DNA of 56,301 bases, filler included, from Sluysia triapertura (Eukaryota): assembly GCA_046118255.1 (NCBI GenBank). It is 4 parts of 4 records of this genome, joined end to end, with 100 filler letters (N's around TTAATTAATTAA, not from the genome) between each part and the next. Parts side by side here need not be neighbours in the genome. Positions count along the whole stretch, not along the records: positions 13,279 to 26,000 come from JBJNIA010086692.1; positions 26,101 to 43,661 come from JBJNIA010187279.1; 2 more parts are not named here. The stretch is one strand, 5' to 3'. Of the stretch, positions 24,161-36,800 are shown piece by piece. Each line of letters starts with the position of its first letter. Position 1 is the stretch's first letter. The translations under genes and the position numbers were made by a program. The notes under the pieces were generated by a model. The model saw only the letters and a program-made list of their open reading frames with translations, did not search any database and was not told the DNA's origin.

Positions 24161-25154
24161 CACTAAATGACCTTTTCTGATAAAATAGATTAGTTATTAC
24201 ATAGGTTTATTTTACAATAATAATACAAAAAATATTTTTAAGGTCTAACTACCCTATATAGATCTTTGGAACCCTAATGCATTATTCACTTGTCAATTTT
24301 GTTATAGATGTTTTCATCATCATGATTCTTATTCCAATAATATTTATACTGTTCTATTTTATAACAACGCATTAATTTTTCCTTTATTTTATACTTCCCA
24401 ACAATATCATAATTATAAAAGTCATCGTATCAGTGGTGTAGGAACACAAAATGTTTAAAAATATAACTAAGTAATCACAAAAGTTATAAAAATAAAATGT
24501 GCAAATAAATTATCGATAAAAAGGTTCGTCATCATCATCATCATCTACCATTTTGGAATAAGATTTCTATTGCATTATCACTGCAGGCTTTACACTTACC
24601 AATGGCTCAAATTTAATGAAAGTTAGTTCAGTGAAAACAATGTTATAATGATAGAATTGACTGCAATTGAGTCCAAGTTTATAGTTTAAGTAATTATTTC
24701 ATACTATCAATAAAATATCTCTAATGAACAACAAAATTTAGTAGTTGTTTATTGCATAAATGAATTTTATTTACCGATAAAAATTTAATTAATTTTTTTG
24801 AATATATAACTTTGTTTGAATTCATAAAATAAGTAAAGGCAGTTAGTTATGATATTTAAATATGTATACTTTATAACATTACTGTTTTTCTTAATTTATA
24901 TATTTAAAATTAAAAATATTATTAATATTAATTTTGTATTCTTTCATTTTTATTAAAATGAAATCTTTCTTAAATATTATAATATAAATATTATGCAATG
25001 TTAATGTTTTATGTAATGTTTTAAGTAATTATTAAGCATTACAATTTTAATTAATTTTACTGGTAAATTTCATATTGCTTAGATTTTTAAACGAAATATT
25101 TATAAAATTAATCTATATAAATAATTTTTCTATTAATAATTCATAATTTTATAA

Positions 25155-25719
25155 ATGTCAAATCGAAATAATTCTCAGTTTGATATTAAAACTAAGGCAT
25201 TTACTAAGACAAAAGATTTAAAAATCTGTGACGAAATAGAACAGAAATTATTAAAGAAGGTACATATTCTGCCAACAGATGTTTTAAAATTGAAAAACGC
25301 AACTAATAGTTTGCTTAATATATTAGGATATTTAATGAAATTTTTTAGATTATTTATGTTCAAATAAGTCTAATACATATGGAATTGAATTTACTAGATT
25401 TACTTTGAGAGATATTGATTCCAATGTTAAGTTATTTGAAGTGGCTAAGCCAGATACAGGTAATTGTGTTTGTTAATTTTCAATATAAAATTCAGCTAAT
25501 TATGATTTTATCCCAAATCCAGATGCTAGTCGATTTGTTAGATATCAATTCAATCCAGATTTTTTGAAATTGAAAACAGTCGGTGCAACAGTTGAATTTG
25601 TCGTTGGTAAGCACGAAATCAAAAGCTTCCGCATGATTGAACGACATTATTTTAAAATGCCGGATTCCGAAAATACTGTTGAACATATATACGAATTTCC
25701 AGCCTTGACGGAGTCCGAA
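25155..25719 (+). CDS. UNC119: UNC119 homologue, internally deleted and lacking its C-terminus; exons 25155-25308, 25349-25459, 25496-
   Basis: Introns of 40 and 36 nt. [59 protein letters not shown] and [10 protein letters not shown] are clear UNC119 motifs. Confidence 0.9.
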
Positions 25720-25733
25720 AATTCAATCATTAG

Positions 25734-26000
25734 AACAGCCGAAGATGATTCTATAGTTCTCTTTAGATATACATTTACAAAGGGTAGCGATGTTAAATGG
25801 ATGCAGAAAGGAACGCTAAATATCAAATCTATAAATTCAAATATTGTTAATTTAAGCGAAAACAGTTTGACCTATGATCGAAAGACAGAATCAAAAGGAT
25901 CGCCTTTTAACGATGGGACATATATTTTTCAGATTATAAATTCGTTGAAAATAGTAGAAGTTAGTATTCATACATATTTGTTAGTTGAATCTGATTACGA
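25734..26000 (+). CDS. EMC10-like segment in frame with UNC119; runs into the contig end
   Basis: [42 protein letters not shown] parallels EMC10 LEHSF..F.KRG.L..LSQ..L..NG.YR..C.LVES. Confidence 0.6.
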
Positions 26001-26100
26001 NNNNNNNNNNNNNNNNNNNNNNNNNNNNNNNNNNNNNNNNNNNNTTAATTAATTAANNNNNNNNNNNNNNNNNNNNNNNNNNNNNNNNNNNNNNNNNNNN
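26001..26100. other. Artificial contig linker
   Basis: N44-TTAATTAATTAA-N44. Confidence 0.98.
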
Positions 26101-26242
26101 GAAATTTAACCAACAGTAAGTATATTAAAATATCGATTAAATACGACAATTAAAATTAATCGAGACTCAAAAACAAAAATTATACAATAATTAAAATTAT
26201 TCTAGAGACTTAAAAACGAACGATTATTTTATGATCAAAATC

Positions 26243-26378
26243 CTGGTGTGATTTTTAATCGATTTCTTTTTATATTTTGAGTTGAAATTTTCCCATCAGT
26301 ATTTCGAAGTCCTGGGATCTTTAATCAATTTCTTTTTAGATTTTGAGTTGAAATTTTGTCTTCAATCTATCGGGATCC
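26243..26378. repeat. Tandem duplication, unit about 66 bp
   Basis: tttaatc(g/a)atttcttttta(t/g)attttgagttgaaatttt occurs twice. Confidence 0.8.
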
Positions 26379-27849
26379 TTACATTAAATGATAAAATTTA
26401 GATTTTAATTTTGATACTATTCTGGTTTAATAAATCAAAATTGCATTACAATAAAATAATTTAACTATTTTTTCATGGAAAAGACTGGAACGAGAACAGA
26501 TCCTTTAAAACTGTCAAAATAAACTGTTAACTAAACTGTCAAAGTAATTAATCAAAAATTCCAAATTGACTGAATAAAGCGCCTGACAAGATGGCTGTTA
26601 AAAACTGACTAATAATGCGAATTATGTTTTCAAAATTGCGATTAACAAATGACAACTGAATTAAACTGATGCTATTTTATATACTTGTCATCAGCCACCG
26701 AGAACCGAATTTTCTTTTTTGGAAAATAAACATTTTAAAAGTGTTTTTAGAGATTTATAAATAATTTTAAAGCATGTAAATGATATTAGAGGGTCGTAAT
26801 GACAGCCTAGCATAATAAATAATTATGAAAATTAATTTAATTATATAATTTATGAAGTATTTGAATTGTTTGAAAATTTATCTATACAGTAATAAATTTT
26901 TTAACATTCTGAAAAAAAGTGTAAAATCATAGTGGAATTTCCGTAACAGCAACTCAAACTCTTCTTAAATTTTTATTTAAGAAAAGGAAATAAAAGAAAA
27001 TACAAATAAAATAAAACGGAATGAATGAATATAATATTTTATATTTTATATTTAAGACATGAACTTGCACTCTTCCATAAGAAAGCTGAACGAATAAATC
27101 TTAAGGATTTAGACACAATTATTCGAAAAATAATGTTGAAGAATTAAGTGAAAATTTAAGAATGATAAATTGAGGAGTTATTGTTTGAAAATAAATATAA
27201 TAATGATATTAATTAAAGTTATTGTAAGAATAATAATAGCAAAAATTTTATTTCGATTAGAGCCAATATGGCCATATCGATATATTGATTAGTAGTTATG
27301 TCACTGTTAATTATTACATCACAATTAGCTAAATGAAGGTGACATGTAGAAAGAAATTCCAAGTTATGTAGCAAATAAGAATATAGTTACATAAATCATT
27401 TGAATCCAATCAAATGCCAAAGACTGACTGTGACTTGTGCAAAATTACAGAGCTATCGATCTCAGTTATGGATAGTAAATTCACAAGTCCTTAAGGTATC
27501 GAACATAACGTTAGAGATAAAAGTGTGAGGATGCAGAACTCAGAATAGAAAGTGACTCAGTGATGTTAATGTTGAAAATCCACTTGATTACAAACTGATA
27601 ACTATTGATCAAGATTCGGAAACCGATTTAGTAACATCCAAGTAATCGAAAACGAAGTTGTATAAGATGAACTTTAGAAAGGATCGTGTATATCATAATA
27701 ACGACTTTAAAAAACGCTATATAAAAGCACTATATAAATCATGATATTGTATATGTTAATGGAAATAAATTGAATGTAAATAATATTAAAGAAGAAGCCG
27801 AAAATGGAGTTAAATTAGATAGAATGCCAAACGAAGACAGAGAACAATT

Positions 27850-28690
27850 GCCACGCTACAAAGCGAACTGGCAAATATCGTATAAATATCGTACAATGCT
27901 GAAGTCAGACTCTATGTTAAGCATGTTTGTTTTTTTCTTTGTAGATCATGTTCATTTGTGTTGTATAAATTTTTCCAATCTTATTTGGTAGTTAGATTAT
28001 AAAGTATTATAAAAATTTTATAAATCTTATAACATCAAAAAGTTAGTAAAATAGTTTTGTTCTAAGAGTTAGAGTTGTAAATTTAATGAGATATTTTGAT
28101 ATAAGTGAAAGTTGTTCTTTCGAAAATGACATAAAACTGAATAACAAATTGATAATTAAAGCACTGTACATCATAAATGATAGTCTACTTAGCATAAGTA
28201 ACGTGTGCTTACTCAACGATATAAAATTCGTTATTGTCATAAAGTACACAATAATAAATTTGCACAACAGTTATAATAAAAAGATACATACATTTTTATC
28301 AATTTTCTCGCAGTTCCTTTTAACATTAAATTAAATCGCACTAAGTTCTCGAACATGATAAATGAAACCACAAATAGACATGGTTTTGATAGAAATTATC
28401 ATAAGCCTCCTCCTTATCAAACAAGTGCAATGTATATCATCAACTTCAGACATTATACCTTCATATCAGATTAATATTAATATCAGACTAATATTAATAG
28501 ATGGAAATAATAATGGATCTTTTAGAAAATAAGAGAAGTCGAAAGTAAATCTTGAAATTAGTCGAAAATTAATTGTGATCAGAAAGAAAGAAGCTTCACG
28601 TTTTGAAATATTAAGATTCATTTTTGAATAATATTGTTTGGTTACATGACTAAAGTGCCATAGAATAATGTAAGATAATTGACTATAATA
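27850..28690 (+). mobile_element. Degenerate Ty3/gypsy pol (RNase H to integrase) relic
   Basis: FVFFFVDHVHLCC..LDYKVL resembles RNase H AIVxAVEHFHLYL..TDHKPL; later HKPPPYQ and VIRKKEASRFE fragments; many stops. Confidence 0.35.
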
Positions 28691-28755
28691 AAACAAAATT
28701 GTTAGACGAGGATGATAGCTCAGTGGTCAGAGCATCGAATTACACAGCTGTGAAG
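28677..28755 (+). repeat. tRNA-like (Pol III A-box) repeat with shared upstream flank, copy 1
   Basis: TGATAGCTCAGTGGTCAGAGC (D-arm GCTC/GAGC). Matches 42481-42573 including about 30 nt upstream. Confidence 0.7.
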
Positions 28756-29564
28756 TAATTGATTTTAGGAAAAGTCCAAAGAAATTTTGCAATCCATCTT
28801 TCAGACACTTAAAATCAATTATAAGCAATGAAAATCAAACTTTTAGATCAGCGAGCACTATGGTAGTGTTCGAAAAGAATTAAGAAATGAATGACACATA
28901 AGAATAAGTTAAAATTAAAATAAAATAAAATAAAAGTAGATTACTTGTGGTAATTTTTTGTGGAATAATTCTTATAAATGTTTTATCAACTACAATGGCT
29001 TAATAATGGATTAATAATGGATTTTTGATAAAGTTATCATAAATTTAAAACAATTCAAATTATGCTGAATTTAAAGAATAAATTAATCAGAAAAATTAAT
29101 TTATAATCTCTAATTTATAATTTTCATTTGATTAATTAAATAAATCTTTTATATAAATTTCATAAATTATATAAATATTGTATAACTTTATATTATTATA
29201 TTAACTTTAGTAATAATTATGCCTTTTTACTTTTCCTTGTATAAATTGTATAAATTGAATTATAAAATGTAAAAATAAATAAATAAAATTAATCATAATT
29301 TATTATTATGATAATAATTATTTTATTAACTAAATATTATTTTTAATAGTAAAATCAATTTAAAATTATTTTAAGAGTATTTTAACTAAAAGAAATAATA
29401 AAAAATATTTTAATTCATTATTTTTTATTTATTAAATTTATATTAAAATTTATATTAAAACTTTGTTTGAATTTAATTATTATTTATAAATTATATTTAT
29501 AATTATATTTATAAATTATATTTATAATTATAATGAGTACTCTATTGAAAGAAATACAGTAAAA

Positions 29565-29565
<1 letters not shown>

Positions 29566-29606
<41 letters not shown>
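29566..29606. repeat. (ATT)n microsatellite
   Basis: Perfect trinucleotide run. Confidence 0.9.
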
Positions 29607-29607
<1 letters not shown>

Positions 29608-31060
29608 TCTAATATTATTTTATTATTTAGAAAATATTATCCATACTTAATAACAATCGATGAGTAAGCAATAACATATGCGCTCTTAAAAAATAAAACG
29701 TGCTTTAATTTTGTTTAAATATATTTATATATTTATATTTTTTTGATTAAAACATTTTTTTAACAGTTAAAAAATATTTCAATTTTATCCCCATGAAAAT
29801 TAAATAAATGATTTAATAAATAATTAATAATGATTTTAAAACTATATAGAATATATAAAAAGTGAAAAAAATTAATATTGCTTTTAAATAAAAAATATAT
29901 GCGCTTCAGACTTTTTGTAGGAAATGGATTTATCTAAATAAAAAATATATTTCAAAATATATTATTTTTCAAATTGAAAATGTAAAACCAATTTAAAATG
30001 AAAATATAAAATAAAAATACGTTAAACAATAATTCAATAATAAAATAATATTTTTAATAATTTAATAATAAAATATAATTAATTAAATTAATAAATTAAT
30101 AAGTTTTATAATTATTTAAATATTTAATCAGTAATTAAAAATTAATATTATAATAATTATTTTTTGGACGTTTTTATTCATTTAAAATTCAAAATTGAAA
30201 ACATTGAAAAAGCAATCGAAATAATCTCTTTTTTCAATAAAATAAAACTTATTTAACTTATTTTATATTTGAAATCTTTGGAAAATTTTATTTCGTTGTA
30301 AATTAAAATTTACTAATCTTAATTGATTTTTTGATTTTTTTTCAAAATTGTTGTAATTATTCTTTATTCAATAAAAACAAAACTATAAAATCAATAAATT
30401 TTGTAGCGATTACCAACCTCATTTATATTAAATTAATTACTTGTTGAAGCACATAATATACGTCCTTTTGGTTGGTTGAATGTTTTATTGGTTAAAGTAG
30501 TATTATGCCAAATTTTGATTTGGTATTAATTAATTGAAAAGGAATTTATAGTTATTGATTTATATGATGTTAATTGTATTTTCACAGTGTTTTATTGGTA
30601 GATTTTAATGATTGGTTAATCAGAAAATGAATCAAGTGTTACTACAACGTATTTTATGATCTGCTATCACTTAATCGAATAACCAAACTTATTTATATAA
30701 TTTGTACAATCTCATGATGGTTCTATAGGTACCATGTTTATACCTGCGAAGATTTTATGATTATACTCGAAGTTATACCTAATCATCCAGCGATGATATT
30801 ACACTGTTTAAGAATTGTATGACCGTCCGAAGAAATCACCATTTCAGAATAATAGCAATCACATCTTCTAATGATGTTGCTGCTAACCGTTATTAAAATA
30901 ATAGAAAATAAATAATAGAAAATTATCAAAATCACATTATCTCATTTTATGAATAATAGACAGTTGCCCTCACATCCTTAATTTATAATCATAAATCTTA
31001 AAATCCTGTAAAATGTATCGTATACAAATTTACTAATGCTAAAAACTTAAGCGACAAGCA

Positions 31061-31206
31061 AAAATAACAAATAAATACACTTATTAAAATTCATCAAAAT
31101 CATCATCATTCTCATTCTCATTCTCATTAATAAGAAAAAAATAACAAATAAATACACTTATTAAAATTCATCAAAATCATCATCATTCTCATTCTCACTA
31201 ATAAGG
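31061..31206. repeat. Near-perfect tandem duplication, unit about 77 bp
   Basis: aaaataacaaataaatacacttattaaaattcatcaaaatcatcatcattctcattctca occurs twice. Confidence 0.9.
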
Positions 31207-31439
31207 AAATAGTGTCCATAAATTACACTTTGTCATCATTGTTGAACGGTACAATTTTCCTTCATTTTATTCTATATACTTGATGGTTGATCTTCAATCT
31301 TTTTAATAGTAGTACTAAGATCTTCATTTATTTTTGTTTTTAAATATTTTTCAGCCAATAAATATGTGTCTAATTTTAATAGGCAATCAAATAAATTATC
31401 AAAATTTAATTCTTGCTACAATTTTAATAACTTATATCA

Positions 31440-31680
31440 TTATTCCAGTTTGATGGTGTTTTATACTAATAACTTGATTTTGCATTATTAAAATGACATT
31501 GTTCATAACTAGTTAAACCAATAACATAATAATAAACTAATAGAGTACGAAAACAATCAATATATACATTGTCCTCACTACCTTTAAATATTATTTACGG
31601 ATCTAACATTTTAATGTTGGTGATCTTTAAGTTATAAAATTTTTAAATGTTGATTGTGCTAATGGATTATATGAAATTAA
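31440..31680 (-). mobile_element. Possible DDE integrase core remnant
   Basis: ISYNPLAQSTFKNF followed about 60 codons later by FNNAKSSY*YKTP, like PYxPQxxG..ERFN ... YNNxxHSxxxxTP. Confidence 0.3.
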
Positions 31681-31823
31681 ACTATTAGCATATGTTTCAC
31701 AATTGTTGATTTATTTTTATAACTTATGTAATTACTTACTTTTGCGTTTTTAAAAAGTTACATTTCCTGCACATGTGATCCGATAACTTTTATGATTACT
31801 TGCACGGTTATTAAAATATTTAT

Positions 31824-32250
31824 TGTGTTGGCCAACCCAATATTTTGAAATTGTATTTTAATACCAAATTCTATAACACTTTACCTATTATACCTATTTT
31901 ACTTATTTCAGATCCATTAAAGTCATTTTTCATATCTCAAAACATTTTAAATTCACAATCTGTTCACGACTAGATCATAATTACATCTATAACCATCAAT
32001 CTACATTTTAAAACTCAGCTAAAACATTTCACGCATTATCTAATAATATCAAAATCACAATTACACCTTAAACCATCGAATACACATCTTAAAATCAATC
32101 CAAAACATTTCAAGTTTAAAATCTTTTTACATTCAGTCTCTAACATCACCAAACAACATTAACATAACACTTTTAAACTATTTTGGGGAATTGCATTTCT
32201 TCAACATTTTAGCTATTCATTATTTCCTTTAAACGTTCTCTTATCAGCTT
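31824..32250 (+). mobile_element. LTR-like TGTGKTGGCCAA repeat copy; right boundary approximate
   Basis: TGTGTTGGCCAACCCAATATTTT, nearly identical to the 39372 start; A/C-rich body. Confidence 0.6.
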
Positions 32251-32609
32251 TTTCCATAAATCATATCTCTGTAATCACTAAACAAATCTTACTTAAAAGA
32301 AATAAGTTAAAAGAATTTTATCAATTCAATTTCAAGAAATTTTATGTCAAGAAATATTTGAATTTGACCTGCAAACAAAAGATAACAAGAGAACAAGCTT
32401 ATGTAATGTAAAATTATAAGGTTCATGCGAAAATTTTATACAATTTTATTTAATGAGAAAGATTTATGTTAAACAGAAATATTAATTATTTATTATTAAT
32501 TTTATTTATCTGTAATTTCTTAGTATTCATTTAATTTATGTCCAGAAACAAGATATTAAGTAGAAAGATCGTGTTAAGATAATAAACAAGGAATTTGTGT
32601 TTTATTTTC

Positions 32610-32675
<66 letters not shown>
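32610..32675. repeat. (ATT)n microsatellite
   Basis: Perfect run; it creates the spurious poly-L and poly-N ORFs. Confidence 0.9.
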
Positions 32676-32677
<2 letters not shown>

Positions 32678-32774
32678 TGCATTATTAAAATTAATTTTAT
32701 TACTATTTTCGTTATTATTATCACCACTATCTTTATTATAAATATAGTTGAGCCAGCAACTAATTTTAATTCAT

Positions 32775-32940
32775 TGTCTGTCATCGGTAGTGAGATTAAT
32801 TTAAAACAAACTTAACATTGATGTCTATTTTCTACCGATGACAGATCCTAGCTGAAATTAATTGTATGTAACCTGAGTGGACGTCCAATCAACTCTAATT
32901 ATGCATTTCGTAACTCTCATAATAGTGGACGTCCAATCAG
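32775..32940 (+). promoter_or_regulatory. Terminal/promoter module: TGTCTGTCA start, 14-bp inverted repeat, two GGACGTCCAATCA boxes
   Basis: TCTGTCATCGGTAG (32777-32790) / CTACCGATGACAGA (32832-32845); boxes at 32878 and 32926; homologous to 46555-46792(-). Confidence 0.7.
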
Positions 32941-33026
32941 CTTGGAAATCAAATAACCAGACAATACTTACAAGTGCTATAAAATTTTTTTATTGTCAGT
33001 AATTATTGAACAATCATAACAATAAG

Positions 33027-33886
33027 ATGACAGAATATGTGAATAATTACATCTTTTCACATTGTTAACTTCATTATCTATATTTTAATTATTCGTAAAA
33101 TTAATTGTACAAATGACGTTACGACAATTTGTTAAATTTGAAATTCGAAAACTTAGTTTATCTGAAAAAATTTATCTGTTTGATAAAATACATGTTTACC
33201 ATTCATTTAGTAATAACTGTGTTATGAAAAAAATTTAGAACGATAAATTCAATGAAGTTGGGAACGAAATATTTATTAAAGGAAATTGTTATCCTGCTTT
33301 GTTAAAAGATATGAAGAATATCATACAAACGAAATTTGATATCAATGATGTGCAATTCAAAACTTGTCTATTCAAAATTATGATATATAATTTAGCGAGT
33401 GCTCATATGACTTATATTGATTATGATCTTGACCGTTATTTTATATAATCATTGAACACAAGCATCGTCAACGTTCTGAACACGAAGTAAAAATATTATC
33501 TATTGATAAATTGATATTTTGTCATGTTAATACTTGTGGATTAGCATATAAATTAGATATACAAAACATTAGTTTATTTTACAACTAAATTTAAACAATT
33601 TAGTTCACTCCATGTTCGTACCTTGAAGTGCAGAATGACTAAGGAAAGTAAAATTATCGATATTTCTATCAACATAATTGTAACATTTCGTAAATTATCT
33701 ATTGCAAATATAGCAAATATCAATTTATTAGTTTTGACTCACGAAGCGAAATCATTAGAGACGACATTTTCAAACGATGATCCAAAAGTTGACCGATTAA
33801 AATCGTTGAACGATAGTAAAAACCTTTTACAAGTTGCTCAAAAATATTTGAAACCGCAATATATTTTAAAAAACAAAATAAAATAA
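33027..33886 (+). pseudogene. Disrupted ORF of unknown family
   Basis: MTEYVNNYIFS..MTLRQFVKFEIRKL.. weakly resembles the N-terminus of ORF 46443(-); stops and frameshifts. Confidence 0.4.
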
Positions 33887-36800
33887 AAACAAATAAATTT
33901 ATTTATAATAAATTTTCTGACAATACTTCGATCTTCCGTAACAACGCCTTTTGTTTTTATGCATAAAAATAATTAAATTTGAAAATTAATAAAAGTTTAC
34001 ATTCATTAAGATTCTGTGGTTAGTCCGGAATCACTTATTGTAGTCTCTCTTGTTGGGCTCATTGCGGAGAGCTGCTTGGTATTGATTGTAACACTGTTGA
34101 GATCCATTTGATTCATGATAATGATTTATTAAAGTTAATGAAATGATTTTCAAAATGCACTAATTTATATACTAATATAGAAATTATCTAATTAATAATT
34201 AGTCACCAAGTCATTTTTAACTTTCTCTACCTCTTTAACGAATTGCAGATTCTTTATCACTATCAAAAAAACTGACACAAAAGGGTTGTACTTCAAAATT
34301 GCATTTTCAAACATGTATTGGTTACCAGTATTAGTTGATAGCTTTTATAAATTAATTGATTCGTCCATTTGGAATGTAACTGTATGCAATCCATTTGAAT
34401 CTGATTGGTTTCACACATACTATAATTCTATATGTACCATTTGCAAAAATAACAAATGAATAATCTTTTAATTTGCATAAACACAGATTTGGCTTCATTG
34501 ATTAAATTTTAAGACTAATATTATATAAAACGTGACCATTGTAAAAAATATATGCTAATATGATGTAAAAATGACGAAATGATTTCTTTGTACCTATTTA
34601 TATATACATCAATTTTTATATCCGGTCACATTAACAAAGAAATGACTAAGTTCTTCGTGTGCATACACTTGGAGTAAAAATTATTTTCTTTGTCCAAGCA
34701 TTTGTTTACAAAAATATAAGGCGCATTTTCTCTTGGATAATTTTAGTATACAGTGTCTCATGCCCATTTGTACCAAAATCATCATCCAATAGTAAACGAA
34801 AATTTTCATCCGATGCATATCCATTTGTTACAGAACTAGGTAATTTAATAAATTCATTTTTGAAAGATAAAACATCAATATATAAAAATCTAGAATGTAC
34901 TTTTTACAAAAGAAATAATTTACAAATTCAAATCACGTTTACAAATCCTGTCAACTCAATTTTGTGCTATTTCAATAGGAATAAGAAAAGAAGATATAAC
35001 ATATTTGCATAATAGTTACTGATAAAACTAATGTTTTTAAAGTAACATAAGAGCGTTGAGAATTATTGTTAATCAAAATTATTTTTATGTATTTAGAGTT
35101 GCAGACATTTTAAACAACAAAAAAGAAACTATTTATGTCAAGTTTTTACTTAACCACAAACTGTTAACAGAATCTATTTATAAATCAGTTTATTTTTAAT
35201 AATTCTAGAGTAGTATATTAATAACATTTTGGATATTAATAATTGAACAAAGTCAGTTTTTATAAATATTTATGCTTGTTTTAAGTCACAGTGTAATATC
35301 CAACTTCCAATTAATATTCTGTACTACATAGAAACTTTTTACTACTATTTTATTCGTCTAAAATTCCATTATATAATAACTTTCTATTATTAATTTTTCT
35401 TTTATAGTTAACTCCTGTTGTTTATCCAACTTATTATAATTTACATAGTTTGTTATTATACTTGCCAGCACTTTTATTCATATATTATTAAATATTCCAC
35501 ATACTCGCCACTATTCAAATACATGCATTACAAATATTGTCTATTAATTTTTGAATACATATATTATTAGTATTACATAAGCATTTTACAGCAGTTAAAA
35601 TGATTTTAAATTTAGATTTATTTATTTTAAATTTGAGTAATTATATATATCTTATTTATTAACACCAGAGGCAAAATATTACTTCGTCTAACCAATAAAA
35701 CACTTAACTAATCAGAACGATCTTCACCAATTCAAATTAAATGCGCGCGAGTGGACGTAATGTATGTATTGTTATATATTACGCATTGTAATAATTGTAA
35801 TACATAAACAATCAATATTTTATTTTATTGTCTAGTTTAAATAAATGCACTGCTATTTATTTATTATTTAATTATTAATCTTTTGTTATTTTTCTGCCGT
35901 CTAAAATGTCTAAAGTACTTGATTATTTGTAAAATTACCCATCCAAGTTTTCTTTTTGTTTCTTTGAGTTACAGTTAGAAATAATAGGTGCTTAATTTCA
36001 TTGATTAAGAAACCGTACGACATATTGGAGTACACATCTTTCTGTGGAACTTAGAAATACTAAGATTTTTTATTTTGCCTTCACTTGTATAAGCACATTA
36101 TTTTATTTTTCTTCACAGTTTTATTGACAAATCTGATATTCTAAAAATTCTGAGTGTTTTTCTTTTTCCATTTCATTATCCATTAATTCACTATTTCAAC
36201 TTTTTGATTCCATTCCTTTTATAATTCTTTCCATAAATAATATGGAGCTAATTCATTATGAATAAATCAATATAATAATTTATGTAAAACTTTATTTAAA
36301 ATAATATATAATAAGAAACTTAAAAATATAATTAAATGAACAAATATAAACAAAAAAATAGAAATATTTTTATGATTTTTTGCATTTTATTTCTTTATTT
36401 ATTTCTTTCTTTCTCTTTTGCATAACATAAAGTACAAAAGATATTATTTAAATCAAATATTGAGATTAATTTGTAACTGATCAGAATTAGATAATTTTAT
36501 TTTCTTTATTTTATCTTGAAAGAAAAGTGAATATGAATTTATATTAAAGAAAAAGGAAATAGTAAAATTAATAACGCGGTAATTTCAATTTTAAACAGTT
36601 GAGTAATTTAAAAGATTTATCACGCAAATCATTTAGCAATTACTATTAAGATGATAATAATAATTATTATTTTTATTATTATTTTATAATTATTATTATT
36701 ATTATCTTTTATACTTTTTTACTTGCGTTATCATTTTGCTATTAATATATTTTACTTTTTATAATATTTAAATCCTTTTATCTTATTATTTAACTTTATA

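Noticed and set aside
28708-28755. Functional tRNA gene (also 42511-42573)
   Set aside because: Anticodon, T and acceptor stems cannot be completed in either copy.
32597-32815. Poly-Leu, poly-Asn and poly-Ile ORFs (also 38078, 41766, 50289)
   Set aside because: Translations of ATT-type microsatellites.
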